From contig NZ_CP040089.1 in NCBI RefSeq assembly GCF_009617975.1, positions 60,001 through 92,000 of the forward strand: a DNA stretch of 32,000 nucleotides, read 5' to 3'. The stretch comes from Candidatus Nanohalobium constans (GTDB lineage Archaea; Nanohalarchaeota; Nanosalinia; Nanosalinales; Nanosalinaceae). The notes beneath the pieces were generated by a model that saw only the letters and a list, made by a program, of their open reading frames with translations, ran no database searches and had not been told where the DNA came from. This document shows positions 16,531 through 24,438 of the stretch, in pieces (positions within the stretch are counted from its first letter, which is position 1; each line of letters opens with the position of its first letter). A program made the translations under genes and the position numbers.

Positions 16531-17799
16531 TTAATCTATTTCCAAGTATTCTCTTCCGCCCATGTAGCTTTGCAGTGCTTCTGGAATTTTGATTCCTTTT
16601 TCTGTCTGGTTGTTTTCCATTATAGCAGTAATGATTCGTGGGTTTGCTAGTGCGGTGGCATAGACGGTGTACGGTGTTTTCCGGTCTCCGTCTTCGAAGA
16701 ACTGCGTGCCAAGCTTGTTAGCCTGGTAGTCTATGCAGCTTCCGTAGCTGCCGACTTCTCCGTATTCTCCTAGTGGAGGACGCCAGACTTCTATATCGTA
16801 CTGTTTGAATGTTTTGTCGCCTATATCTCCGTCGCAGATATCTACTACTCTGTAAGGTAGTCCTAGTTCCTGCATGATTTCTTCTGCGTTTTCCAGCATC
16901 CATTCTAGGTGTTCTATGTGGTTATCTGGATGAGTGAACATGAACTGTTCGACTTTCTCGAACTGGTGTACTCTCCAGAGTCCTCTGGTCTGTTTGCCGT
17001 GTTTTCCGGCTTCTCTTCGGAAGTTGGTTGAGAATCCTCCGAGTTTGAGAGGTAGTTCGCCTTCTCCGATAACTTCATCTTTCTTCATCACTGCTAAAGC
17101 GTGTTCTGCTGTTGCGATCAGGTATCGACCATTCTCGTTGACTTGGTAAAGCTGGTCTTCGAATGCCTCCATGTCGACAGCGGCACTTATGGCATCTCCT
17201 TCCAGCATATAAGGTGTTTGATGTGTCTCGAAGCCTTTTTCCTTAATGAAGTCAAGCGCAAAACTGGTTAATGCCTGGTTGAGCTGTACTAGTTCTGTTG
17301 TGAGGTAATAGGCTCTTTCCCCTCCTACTTCAGCCGCTTTTTCGCTGAGCAAGAGATTGTTTCTTTCTATTATATCTGCTGCAAGCTCTGATTCATCAGC
17401 CTTACCTTCTTCAGGCTCCCAGGTCCTAAGCTCTGGATTATCTTCCTCTCCGTCTCCTTCAGGAACTGATTCGCCAAGAAGGTTAGCGATCTCATATCTT
17501 AAACTGTCTCTTTCTTCCTTTACTTCGTCGACTCTGTCTTCAAGCTCTTGTATTTTCTGTTTGACTTCCTGCATCCGTTCTATCTTTTCTTCAGCATCTT
17601 CTCCGTTCTGTTTCGCCGCAGCTATTTCATCTCCAACAGTGTTTCTCTCCTGCTGAAGGCTTTCAAGTTCCTGCAGTTTTTCACGCCATTCTTCGTCCAG
17701 TTCGATTACTTCTTCGACTTTTCCTGGTTCTTTCCCTCTGCGTCGCTGTGAATCCTTGATTCTCTCAGGATTCTCACGGAAGACTTCGATGCTGATCAT
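16531..17799 (-). CDS. serS: seryl-tRNA synthetase
   Basis: N-terminal coiled-coil arm. Class II motif 2 region FRREAGKHGKQTRGLWRVHQFEKVE. C-terminal motif 3 region. Confidence 0.95.
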   Translation of the reverse strand: MISIEVFRENPERIKDSQRRRGKEPGKVEEVIELDEEWREKLQELESLQQERNTVGDEIAAAKQNGEDAEEKIERMQEVKQKIQELEDRVDEVKEERDSLRYEIANLLGESVPEGDGEEDNPELRTWEPEEGKADESELAADIIERNNLLLSEKAAEVGGERAYYLTTELVQLNQALTSFALDFIKEKGFETHQTPYMLEGDAISAAVDMEAFEDQLYQVNENGRYLIATAEHALAVMKKDEVIGEGELPLKLGGFSTNFRREAGKHGKQTRGLWRVHQFEKVEQFMFTHPDNHIEHLEWMLENAEEIMQELGLPYRVVDICDGDIGDKTFKQYDIEVWRPPLGEYGEVGSYGSCIDYQANKLGTQFFEDGDRKTPYTVYATALANPRIITAIMENNQTEKGIKIPEALQSYMGGREYLEID

Positions 17800-17873
17800 A
17801 AGAATTCACTTGTGAAGAAAATTTTATCTAGAACAGGTTTTAACTCAATGTTCAAAACTTTGTGTAGACGCGT

Positions 17874-17890
17874 ATCCACCTTTCATCGGT
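17874..17890 (-). promoter_or_regulatory. copy 1 of the recurrent motif (minus strand ACCGATGAAAGGTGGAT); opens the mini-ORF MKGGYASTQSFEH (17886 down to 17845)
   Basis: Lies 74 nt upstream of the serS ATG. TTAACTTTG (17909-17917) lies 22 nt upstream of the mini-ORF ATG. Confidence 0.4.
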
Positions 17891-17969
17891 AATCCAATAT
17901 TACCTATCCAAAGTTAAGTAATCTGTCCATAGGAGTGGAGTCATAAAGAAGCATCCCTAAAACTTGAGT

Positions 17970-18173
17970 ATGAAAGAAGTCGCTGGATACGAGTTTGACG
18001 AAACACATCCCACTGAGCTAAAAGAAGAAGTAGTAACTGAAAAAGAATTCGACAAGATCAAAGAAGCAATGGACCTCGACGACCTAATCCGCTTCGGCAA
18101 AAGACCATTCGACGCACCACCAGGCAAAGTAAGAATCTGGGTAGAAGAAGACGAACCAGAAGAAGAGGAATAA
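17970..18173 (+). CDS. hypothetical small acidic protein (67 aa from ATG 17970)
   Basis: ORF with acidic composition. The listed TTG at 17964 is replaced by the in-frame ATG two codons later. No domain recognised. Confidence 0.5.
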   Translation: MKEVAGYEFDETHPTELKEEVVTEKEFDKIKEAMDLDDLIRFGKRPFDAPPGKVRIWVEEDEPEEEE

Positions 18174-18248
18174 AATCGAAACTTTTCCTCTGTACTTTTC
18201 TATGTCCGGTAATCCTTCATTCAAAACCTGTTTGCGCCTTTAACTTGA

Positions 18249-19226
18249 TTATTCTGAGCTATTGCCATTAATTTTTGCCATTAACTGGGTTAGTACTTGG
18301 CTTTGCGTAACAGGAGGTTTCTCTTGTTCTTGATTCTCCAAAGGATTTTCATGAATTCTATCCATGGCGTCTTTCACAAATTCTCCTGCTTTCTCATCGG
18401 GTAGATCTTCTTTCAGTACTTCTCTATAGGCCATCATAGAAAGGGCAATGTTAGACTTAAACTCGTATTCTTGCATAATTTTCTTTTGTTTAGAGTGGTT
18501 GGAAACAGAAAACCACACAGCTACAGATACCGGTATTAAAAGCGCTATCTTTGCTATAAAAATAGTTCCTGTAGCCATTGAATCAATCTGGTTATATAGA
18601 TGCCAGGAGAAGACTATCAAAGCTGATATAGACAGAATGGATGCGCCGAGCCATGTGAAAACTGATATTCTCAAGTCCTTTTTCCTTTCGTTGAATATTG
18701 ATCCTATCTCTTCGCTTGCCTGACCCTCTACTAAATTACTGCTGGTCTCAAGTAATCGATTTGCCTTTTTCTCGAGTTCGTCTATATCTTCTTTCTTCCT
18801 TTCTATTTCTCTAATCTTTTCGGAAACTCTCTTTTCCTTTGTTGATAGTACTTGCAGTAGGCTGTCAATGCTCTCATCATAGTCTTCTTCGTCATTTAAT
18901 GTTTGATAAATTGCTTTTTCAAGCCGGATACCAGCTTGATTTAGCTCGAACATGTTTTTCTTTGTTACATTCTGTTTAAGTTTGGCGACAGCATGATTTA
19001 TTCCAGCAAGAGATTGCTGAATTTCATCATATTGACCAATTTCTTCTATTTTGCCTGTGTCTACCCAATTTTTTACCCTATCTAGATCCTCTTTTATTTT
19101 ACTTAGTTCTTGGTCTTCTATTCTATCCTTTCTCTCTTCCAAGAAAACATCAGAGTCTTCGATGTTGGCTTTAGCATCCTCCCAGTTAGAGTAGATTTCG
19201 GTTATTTGTTCAGGAGGTTCTGCCAT
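18249..19226 (-). CDS. coiled-coil protein with a C-proximal 2-TM hairpin (325 aa)
   Basis: Long Glu/Lys-rich heptad-like N-terminal half, two TM helices (FTWLGASILSISALIVFSW, IFIAKIALLIPVSVAVWFSV), then a short helical tail. GC is about 30-37% on sampled lines. Confidence 0.7.
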   Translation of the reverse strand: MAEPPEQITEIYSNWEDAKANIEDSDVFLEERKDRIEDQELSKIKEDLDRVKNWVDTGKIEEIGQYDEIQQSLAGINHAVAKLKQNVTKKNMFELNQAGIRLEKAIYQTLNDEEDYDESIDSLLQVLSTKEKRVSEKIREIERKKEDIDELEKKANRLLETSSNLVEGQASEEIGSIFNERKKDLRISVFTWLGASILSISALIVFSWHLYNQIDSMATGTIFIAKIALLIPVSVAVWFSVSNHSKQKKIMQEYEFKSNIALSMMAYREVLKEDLPDEKAGEFVKDAMDRIHENPLENQEQEKPPVTQSQVLTQLMAKINGNSSE

Positions 19227-19388
19227 GGTATCACTTACTCCAATTTTTCATACTTAATTTATTCAGTATTTTGTTAACTTATCCGCTAATATTCTAATTG
19301 CCGCTTTCTCCTACCTACTCTAGTTTATTGTTTAATCAAATTTCCCTCTGGAAATAGGTTGAAAATAAAAATGGAGAGATCGGAGATA

Positions 19389-20417
19389 TTACTCCTCAAT
19401 GTAATCTGGCTTTTCGTGCCCAATTTCTTCCAGAGGGTCAAGCAGTTTTGGGTTTTCTTTGAAGTGTTCTCTTACTGGTTCGAATCTGTCTATTACTTGG
19501 TCTGCTACTGCTTCTTTCAGGTCTAGTGGGTGTAGTTCGCCTGATTCAAAGTCTTCTGCCATTTCTTCGAATTTCTCGTAGTGTAGGTCTCCGCCGTATT
19601 CGTCCTTTCTTTCGACATGCAGTTCTCTGTCGGCGCCGAAGATGAAGACTTCTGCGATTTCGATGACTGGGTTATCTTCTACTTCGCCCTGTGGGCAGTA
19701 TGCGTCTTCAAGTGTTTCTTGGATTCTGCTTGGGTCGGCGTGGAGTGGGAACATCGTATTTTTCTTTGATGAACTCATCTTGTCTCCTTCTCCGCTTAGA
19801 GAGCTCAAGAGAGGCCAGTGCAGGCATGTAGGCTTCTCATATCCCAGTTTCGGTAGTTTTTCTCTTGCGAGCATGTGGATCTTTCTCTGATCTATTCCGG
19901 CTACTGCCAGATCCAGGTCTAGGTGTACGATATCTAGTGCTTGCATCAGAGGGTAGACGACTTGTGATGTATAGATGCTGTCCTGTTCGGATGCTACTTC
20001 GCCCATTGCTCTTTCTCCACGGGTCACGGTTGTGTTCTGTGTCATTCGGAGGATGTCGTGGAAGTACTCTGTGCTTTCCTGGAATTCTCGTCCTTTAACA
20101 TATTCTGCATCAAGTCCGCAGGCTTCAAATGTGGCTTGCCAGTAGTCGACCATGTCCTGGATCCATTCCTCATCTCCTTTCTTGTTAAGATAGGTGTGGA
20201 GGTCTGCGAATAGGATTACGGGCTGGAAGCCGGCTTTCTGTATGTCCTTCATCTTTCGGATCTGAATCCAGTGTCCGAGATGTACAGGGCCGGATGTTTC
20301 GTTGCCGATATAGGCTCTTGGCTCGTCTTTTTCTCTTAGTATTTCTTCAAGTTCTTCTTCCTGTATGATTTCCTCGGTATTTCTGAGAACCAGTTCTTTC
20401 CGTTCTTCAATATCCAT
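19389..20417 (-). CDS. tyrS: tyrosyl-tRNA synthetase, archaeal type
   Basis: HIGH-type HLGH and KMSKS-type KMSSS motifs. Colinear with my recollection of M. jannaschii TyrRS (AYIGNETSGPVHLGH, ADLHTYLN, YPLMQALD, QRKIHMLARE). Confidence 0.95.
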   Translation of the reverse strand: MDIEERKELVLRNTEEIIQEEELEEILREKDEPRAYIGNETSGPVHLGHWIQIRKMKDIQKAGFQPVILFADLHTYLNKKGDEEWIQDMVDYWQATFEACGLDAEYVKGREFQESTEYFHDILRMTQNTTVTRGERAMGEVASEQDSIYTSQVVYPLMQALDIVHLDLDLAVAGIDQRKIHMLAREKLPKLGYEKPTCLHWPLLSSLSGEGDKMSSSKKNTMFPLHADPSRIQETLEDAYCPQGEVEDNPVIEIAEVFIFGADRELHVERKDEYGGDLHYEKFEEMAEDFESGELHPLDLKEAVADQVIDRFEPVREHFKENPKLLDPLEEIGHEKPDYIEE

Positions 20418-20518
20418 GTTTTAATTCACCTGTCAGAAGGTTCGGAGAGAAGCCTTAAAGATTTAGAGCTGTGATTAGAAGATTTTGAATCAGTTGCAAA
20501 CTTGCCGAAGGTAAAAAC

Positions 20519-20535
20519 ATCCACCTTTCATTGGT
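20519..20535 (-). promoter_or_regulatory. copy 2 of the recurrent motif (minus strand ACCAATGAAAGGTGGAT); opens the mini-ORF MKGGCFYLRQVCN (20531 down to 20490)
   Basis: Lies 101 nt upstream of the tyrS ATG. TTAACTTTG (20558-20566) lies 26 nt upstream of the mini-ORF ATG. Confidence 0.4.
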
Positions 20536-20583
20536 CTTCAAGCAGGTTTTTCTTCGTCAAAGTTAAATTTGTTTCCTGCTGCC

Positions 20584-21114
20584 CTAGGGAATGATTTCTG
20601 CGTCGTCTAGAATTGTTCTGGTGGTTTCTTCATCTATGAGCATGTCGTCGATTTCGTTGAAGTCGTGGACTCCGTATTCTATTGCTGCTTCTCTTAGTTC
20701 TTCGTATTTTTCGAGTGCTCTTCTGAGTTCGGTGCCTGTTACTCTTCCTTCGTATCTTGGTTCTGATCTCTGGACATTTTTGTAGTGTTCTTCCATTGCT
20801 TCTGCGGCTTCGCCAGCTTCACTCATGAGAATCCATTCGCTACTATTTTCTCTCAGCGACGCTTTTTCTGGGTCGTCCACAAATTCGGCAGTGGAAAGAT
20901 CAGGATGTTGCGGTGAATCTTCCAGTTCGTCTAAAACTTCTCTACCCTCTTCGTATGCTGCCTGTGCAATGCTATCTAAGATATCGATGCATCTGGAGTA
21001 GTCTAGAGGTTCTAGCTCTTGCTGGTAAATCAATGCTACCTGCAGTTCTGAAGTAGCTGTTCCAAGTATTTCCTCTGCTTCACTCTTCCTAACTAAGATT
21101 TCATCAGAGTCCAT
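20584..21114 (-). CDS. hypothetical acidic protein (176 aa)
   Basis: ORF with acidic composition, between the ybaK-like gene and tyrS on the same strand. No domain recognised. Confidence 0.6.
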   Translation of the reverse strand: MDSDEILVRKSEAEEILGTATSELQVALIYQQELEPLDYSRCIDILDSIAQAAYEEGREVLDELEDSPQHPDLSTAEFVDDPEKASLRENSSEWILMSEAGEAAEAMEEHYKNVQRSEPRYEGRVTGTELRRALEKYEELREAAIEYGVHDFNEIDDMLIDEETTRTILDDAEIIP

Positions 21115-21139
21115 ACACTATACTGAACAGTAAATGTCT

Positions 21140-21709
21140 TTAATCTACAAGTTTTACTGATTCCGCATTTAAGGTTTCTTCCAGCTCTTCAGGGCTTATT
21201 TCAACGCCTATAACTCGAGAACCTGCAGCAGGTCTAACAATATCGTGTTCTAAAAGTTCTTCCTCCATGTAGACCGGTATTTCTAGGTCAAATGGTGATA
21301 CGCCGCCGATTACATAGCCTGTCCGGTTCTTTACTTCTTCTGGGTCTGCCATCCTGACATTTTCTTCTCCTGTGTTTTCTCTTATCTTGTCTGTGTCTAC
21401 TCTTTCGTCGCCGGGCGCTAGAACCGCTACAAGGTTTTCACCTGTTTTGAAGATCAGTGTCTTGACTATCTGGTTGATCTTAATGTCTGTGTGCTGGGCG
21501 GATTCTTCGCATGTCTCGGCTTTAGGATGGACCTTGAATTCGACATCTAATTCTTTTTCCTTGCAGAATTCTTTGACTCTGAGGATATTTTCCCGGTCTT
21601 CTTCGAAGAATTCTATGAACTGTTCTAGTTCTTCTGGTTTCTGTCTGAATGATTCTGACATATTATGAGAAATAGTTTCAAACATTTTTGTTACCATTTC
21701 CTTTCCCAT
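21140..21709 (-). CDS. YbaK/ProX-type aminoacyl-tRNA deacylase (start uncertain)
   Basis: QIVKTLIFK, VAVLAPGD and GYVIGGVSPF motifs of the YbaK/EbsC editing fold. ATG 21709 overlaps the divergent rtcA ATG. Internal ATGs (for example 21697 and 21661) are alternative starts. Confidence 0.8.
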   Translation of the reverse strand: MGKEMVTKMFETISHNMSESFRQKPEELEQFIEFFEEDRENILRVKEFCKEKELDVEFKVHPKAETCEESAQHTDIKINQIVKTLIFKTGENLVAVLAPGDERVDTDKIRENTGEENVRMADPEEVKNRTGYVIGGVSPFDLEIPVYMEEELLEHDIVRPAAGSRVIGVEISPEELEETLNAESVKLVD

Positions 21710-22721
21710 GATAGAGATTGATGGTAGGAAGGGCGGTGGTCAGATGCTGAGAACAGCTTTGACGCTGAGCGCAGTGACAGGTGAAAACTTTGAACTGGAG
21801 AATATCAGAGGTTCTAGAAGCAATCCTGGACTGAAGAACCAGCACTTGGAATGCGTTAAAACTGCTGGACGACTCTGCGATGCCAAACTAGAGGGAGATC
21901 AAAAAGGTTCGGAAAGGATCGTCTTTAAGCCTGGCAACATCAGAAACGAATCTTTTACTTCGAATATAGGGACTGCTGGAAGTATTACTCTGCTTTTTGA
22001 CACTGTTTTACCTGTAACAACTCAGTTTTCTGACTCCTTCAGGTTTACTGCTAAGGGCGGAACTGATGTGAAGTGGTCTCCGACGTTCAACTATTTCAAA
22101 CATGTCAAACTTCCGCTTCTGAGAAAGCACGGTTTGGTAGCAGACATAGAATTAGGGGAGACAGGTTATTATCCTAAAGGAGGTGGTAAGGCAGTTTTAA
22201 CTACTGAAGAATACTCTATGAGTTCGCCGGACTTAAAGGAGAGGGGAGAACTAGAAAGATTTGAGATTTACTCCAAGGCTTCGAAGGATTTAGAATCACA
22301 GGGTGTTGCTGGTCGACAAGCTGATGAAGCTGCTAAACTACTGAAAAATAATCATCTCTCCGTTCCGATAGACAAAAATATCGTTTATGAGGATGCTAAG
22401 TCCACAGGTTCATCGCTTCTTGTCAAAGCAGTGTATGAGAACTCTGTAGCTGGTTTTGATGCGGTCGGTGAGAAAGGGAAGAGATCGGAAGATGTGGCGA
22501 GAGAAGCTGTTGAAGAGTTTAAATCATTCCATGAAACAGATGCGGCCGTTGATCTCTATATGGCTGACCAGTTAATGATCTTCCTGGCTCTGGTCGGCGG
22601 GAAAGTATCTATACCTGAAGTAACGGAGCATGTTCAAACCAATCTGGAAGTGATCAGGAGCTTTGGCTTTGACTTGGAAATTGAGAAAACAGGCAAGAAA
22701 AATGTGTTGAAGAAGGTCTAG
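21708..22721 (+). CDS. rtcA: RNA 3'-terminal phosphate cyclase
   Basis: The N-terminal IDGRKGGGQMLRTALTLSAV motif, size and overall pattern fit RtcA. Confidence 0.92.
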   Translation: MIEIDGRKGGGQMLRTALTLSAVTGENFELENIRGSRSNPGLKNQHLECVKTAGRLCDAKLEGDQKGSERIVFKPGNIRNESFTSNIGTAGSITLLFDTVLPVTTQFSDSFRFTAKGGTDVKWSPTFNYFKHVKLPLLRKHGLVADIELGETGYYPKGGGKAVLTTEEYSMSSPDLKERGELERFEIYSKASKDLESQGVAGRQADEAAKLLKNNHLSVPIDKNIVYEDAKSTGSSLLVKAVYENSVAGFDAVGEKGKRSEDVAREAVEEFKSFHETDAAVDLYMADQLMIFLALVGGKVSIPEVTEHVQTNLEVIRSFGFDLEIEKTGKKNVLKKV

Positions 22722-22729
22722 AATATTTT

Positions 22730-23152
22730 TTATTCGATTTCTATTTCTGTTCCTTCGTCTTCGCTTAGTTCTGCGCTGATTTCCAGTACTCCATCTTCGT
22801 ATTCGGCGTTGATGGTTTCTTCGTCTACTTCTCTTGGCCATTGGACTGTTCTGCGGAAGCTTCTGCTGCTTCTCTCTTTTCTCAGGTATTTTTCGTTCTC
22901 TTCTTTTATTTCTTGACTTGCTTCGGCGCTGATTTCTACTTTTTGGCCGTCTGCTTTGATATTGATGTCTTCTTTCTGTACTCCGGGAAGATCGGCTGAG
23001 ATGATGAGGTTTCCGTCTTCTTCTCTTACATCGATGGGCATGTGTCCTGTGAATTCTGTGGCTAGGTTCATTCCTTTGTTCTGGAATTCTTCGATCATGT
23101 TCTGCATCTGTTCGAAGAGGTCGTCGGAGTTTTGGCGATCAAGTCGTCTCAT
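22730..23152 (-). CDS. small heat shock protein, Hsp20/alpha-crystallin family
   Basis: Alpha-crystallin domain pattern: MPIDVREEDGNLIISADLPGVQKEDINIKADG ... RSFRRTVQWP ... AEYEDGVLEIS. Confidence 0.9.
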   Translation of the reverse strand: MRRLDRQNSDDLFEQMQNMIEEFQNKGMNLATEFTGHMPIDVREEDGNLIISADLPGVQKEDINIKADGQKVEISAEASQEIKEENEKYLRKERSSRSFRRTVQWPREVDEETINAEYEDGVLEISAELSEDEGTEIEIE

Positions 23153-23189
23153 AACAAGTATAAGTTTTTACTGTTATCTATAAAAAAGT

Positions 23190-23348
23190 TTATTCCATCT
23201 TCTCCATCTGTTCCTCAAGAAACTCTATCTGATCCTCTATCTGATCTATCAGCTGCTCAGCCTTCTCCCGTTTCTCTGGCTCAACTTCATCTTTGAACGA
23301 GTCGAAGTCTTCTTCAGTCTGTTCAACCTGTGTCTCGAGGTCGTTCAT
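23190..23348 (-). CDS. candidate small acidic coiled-coil protein (52 aa; 59 aa from GTG 23369), below the ORF-track cutoff
   Basis: My own translation: MNDLETQVEQTEEDFDSFKDEVEPEKREKAEQLIDQIEDQIEFLEEQMEKME. Acidic composition matches the proteome. It fills an otherwise empty 270-nt gap. Confidence 0.35.
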   Translation of the reverse strand: MNDLETQVEQTEEDFDSFKDEVEPEKREKAEQLIDQIEDQIEFLEEQMEKME

Positions 23349-23424
23349 GATGTCTCTGTAGTCGCTCACAACTGTCTTTTAGAGAAAGATAAGATAAAAA
23401 ATGAGGTGTAGAAAAAAGTGGTTT

Positions 23425-23820
23425 TTACTGGTCGACTTTTGGGGTTGGGATCGGCGGCAGTAGGTTGAGTGTGTCTGCTACTCCGACTGCTTCTGACAGC
23501 AGTTTCTTGTACATCTCGTTCATAAGTGGTGCATTGACTTCTTCAGGTAGTTCTCCGTTTTCTTCCCATGATTCTATTATTTCGTCTGTCTGTCCTTTCC
23601 AGAGGATGTGACCGCTCATCTGGATTTCGGCTGCTTTGTCATCGCCTGTCATGTAGTTTACTGAGAACTCGAAGTCGATCTTGGCTACTGGTTCGTCTAT
23701 TGCGTTTACAGTTTGTTCTGTGACTTTTTTGATTTTTGGTGCGTAGTTGACCTGGATGTTTCCCTGTGATCCTGCGCCTTTGGATGCATCGATCGAGTCA
23801 ATATTAAATCCTACTATCAT
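23425..23820 (-). CDS. hypothetical protein (131 aa)
   Basis: Clean ORF with composition typical of the window. No domain I can name with confidence. Confidence 0.65.
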   Translation of the reverse strand: MIVGFNIDSIDASKGAGSQGNIQVNYAPKIKKVTEQTVNAIDEPVAKIDFEFSVNYMTGDDKAAEIQMSGHILWKGQTDEIIESWEENGELPEEVNAPLMNEMYKKLLSEAVGVADTLNLLPPIPTPKVDQ

Positions 23821-23891
23821 ATGTTGGTTGAAAAGTGCAAGATTCTTTAACCTTCCGTGTCCAAAAACAGTTTCAAGGGATTAGATACTAA

Positions 23892-24410
23892 ATGGCAAAA
23901 GATAAATTCCAGCAGGCAATGCTGATCGGAATCGGACTTATGGTAGCAATCGGGTTCTCAGGAGTATTCACATACGGAAACCTAGTAAACACAGGAGGAG
24001 GAAACAACAACCAAGACAATCAGGAGATACAGGCAGAACTTCCAACTCAAAACTATATAGACGGAAATTACAATCTTTCAGTACAAGAACAAGCCTACCT
24101 ATCAGTCAATGAAGAAGTAGTATTTGTGAATGTGCTATACACAGACCGGAGAGAAAACTATACAGAACTACAAGGAATTCCATCAAAATTCAATAACACG
24201 GTCTACATAAACTCCGTTAACACATCCGAATCAACATTTGCAACAGGGACAGGAGCTGAACCACCAACAACTCTGCTGATAGGAAACCAGCCGACCAGAG
24301 GAAGTCCTTACAGCATCAGATCAGCAGAAACAACTCAGGAAGACATAATCTCAGGTATCTGCAGCTCAATGAGGGATGTAAGCCAGTTCGGAGCAACCTG
24401 CTACACATAA
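23892..24410 (+). CDS. hypothetical membrane-anchored/secreted protein (172 aa)
   Basis: N-terminal signal-anchor helix (AMLIGIGLMVAIGFSGVF), an Asn/Gln-rich linker, and two Cys near the C-terminus. Confidence 0.6.
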   Translation: MAKDKFQQAMLIGIGLMVAIGFSGVFTYGNLVNTGGGNNNQDNQEIQAELPTQNYIDGNYNLSVQEQAYLSVNEEVVFVNVLYTDRRENYTELQGIPSKFNNTVYINSVNTSESTFATGTGAEPPTTLLIGNQPTRGSPYSIRSAETTQEDIISGICSSMRDVSQFGATCYT

Positions 24411-24438
24411 ACTTTACTTCCCTCCACTTTTCTCTTTC

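Noticed and set aside
22572-22841. Arg-rich 89-aa minus-strand ORF spanning the rtcA/hsp20 junction
   Set aside because: It is an off-frame reading of the hsp20 3' region. Its extreme Arg content is unlike any other protein here.
24421-24438. TCCACTTTTC, resembling the plus-strand form of the MKGG motif (TCCACCTTTC)
   Set aside because: It has one mismatch over a short core, lacks the ATG/CAT part, and lies at the 3' end of alaS rather than in a 5' leader.
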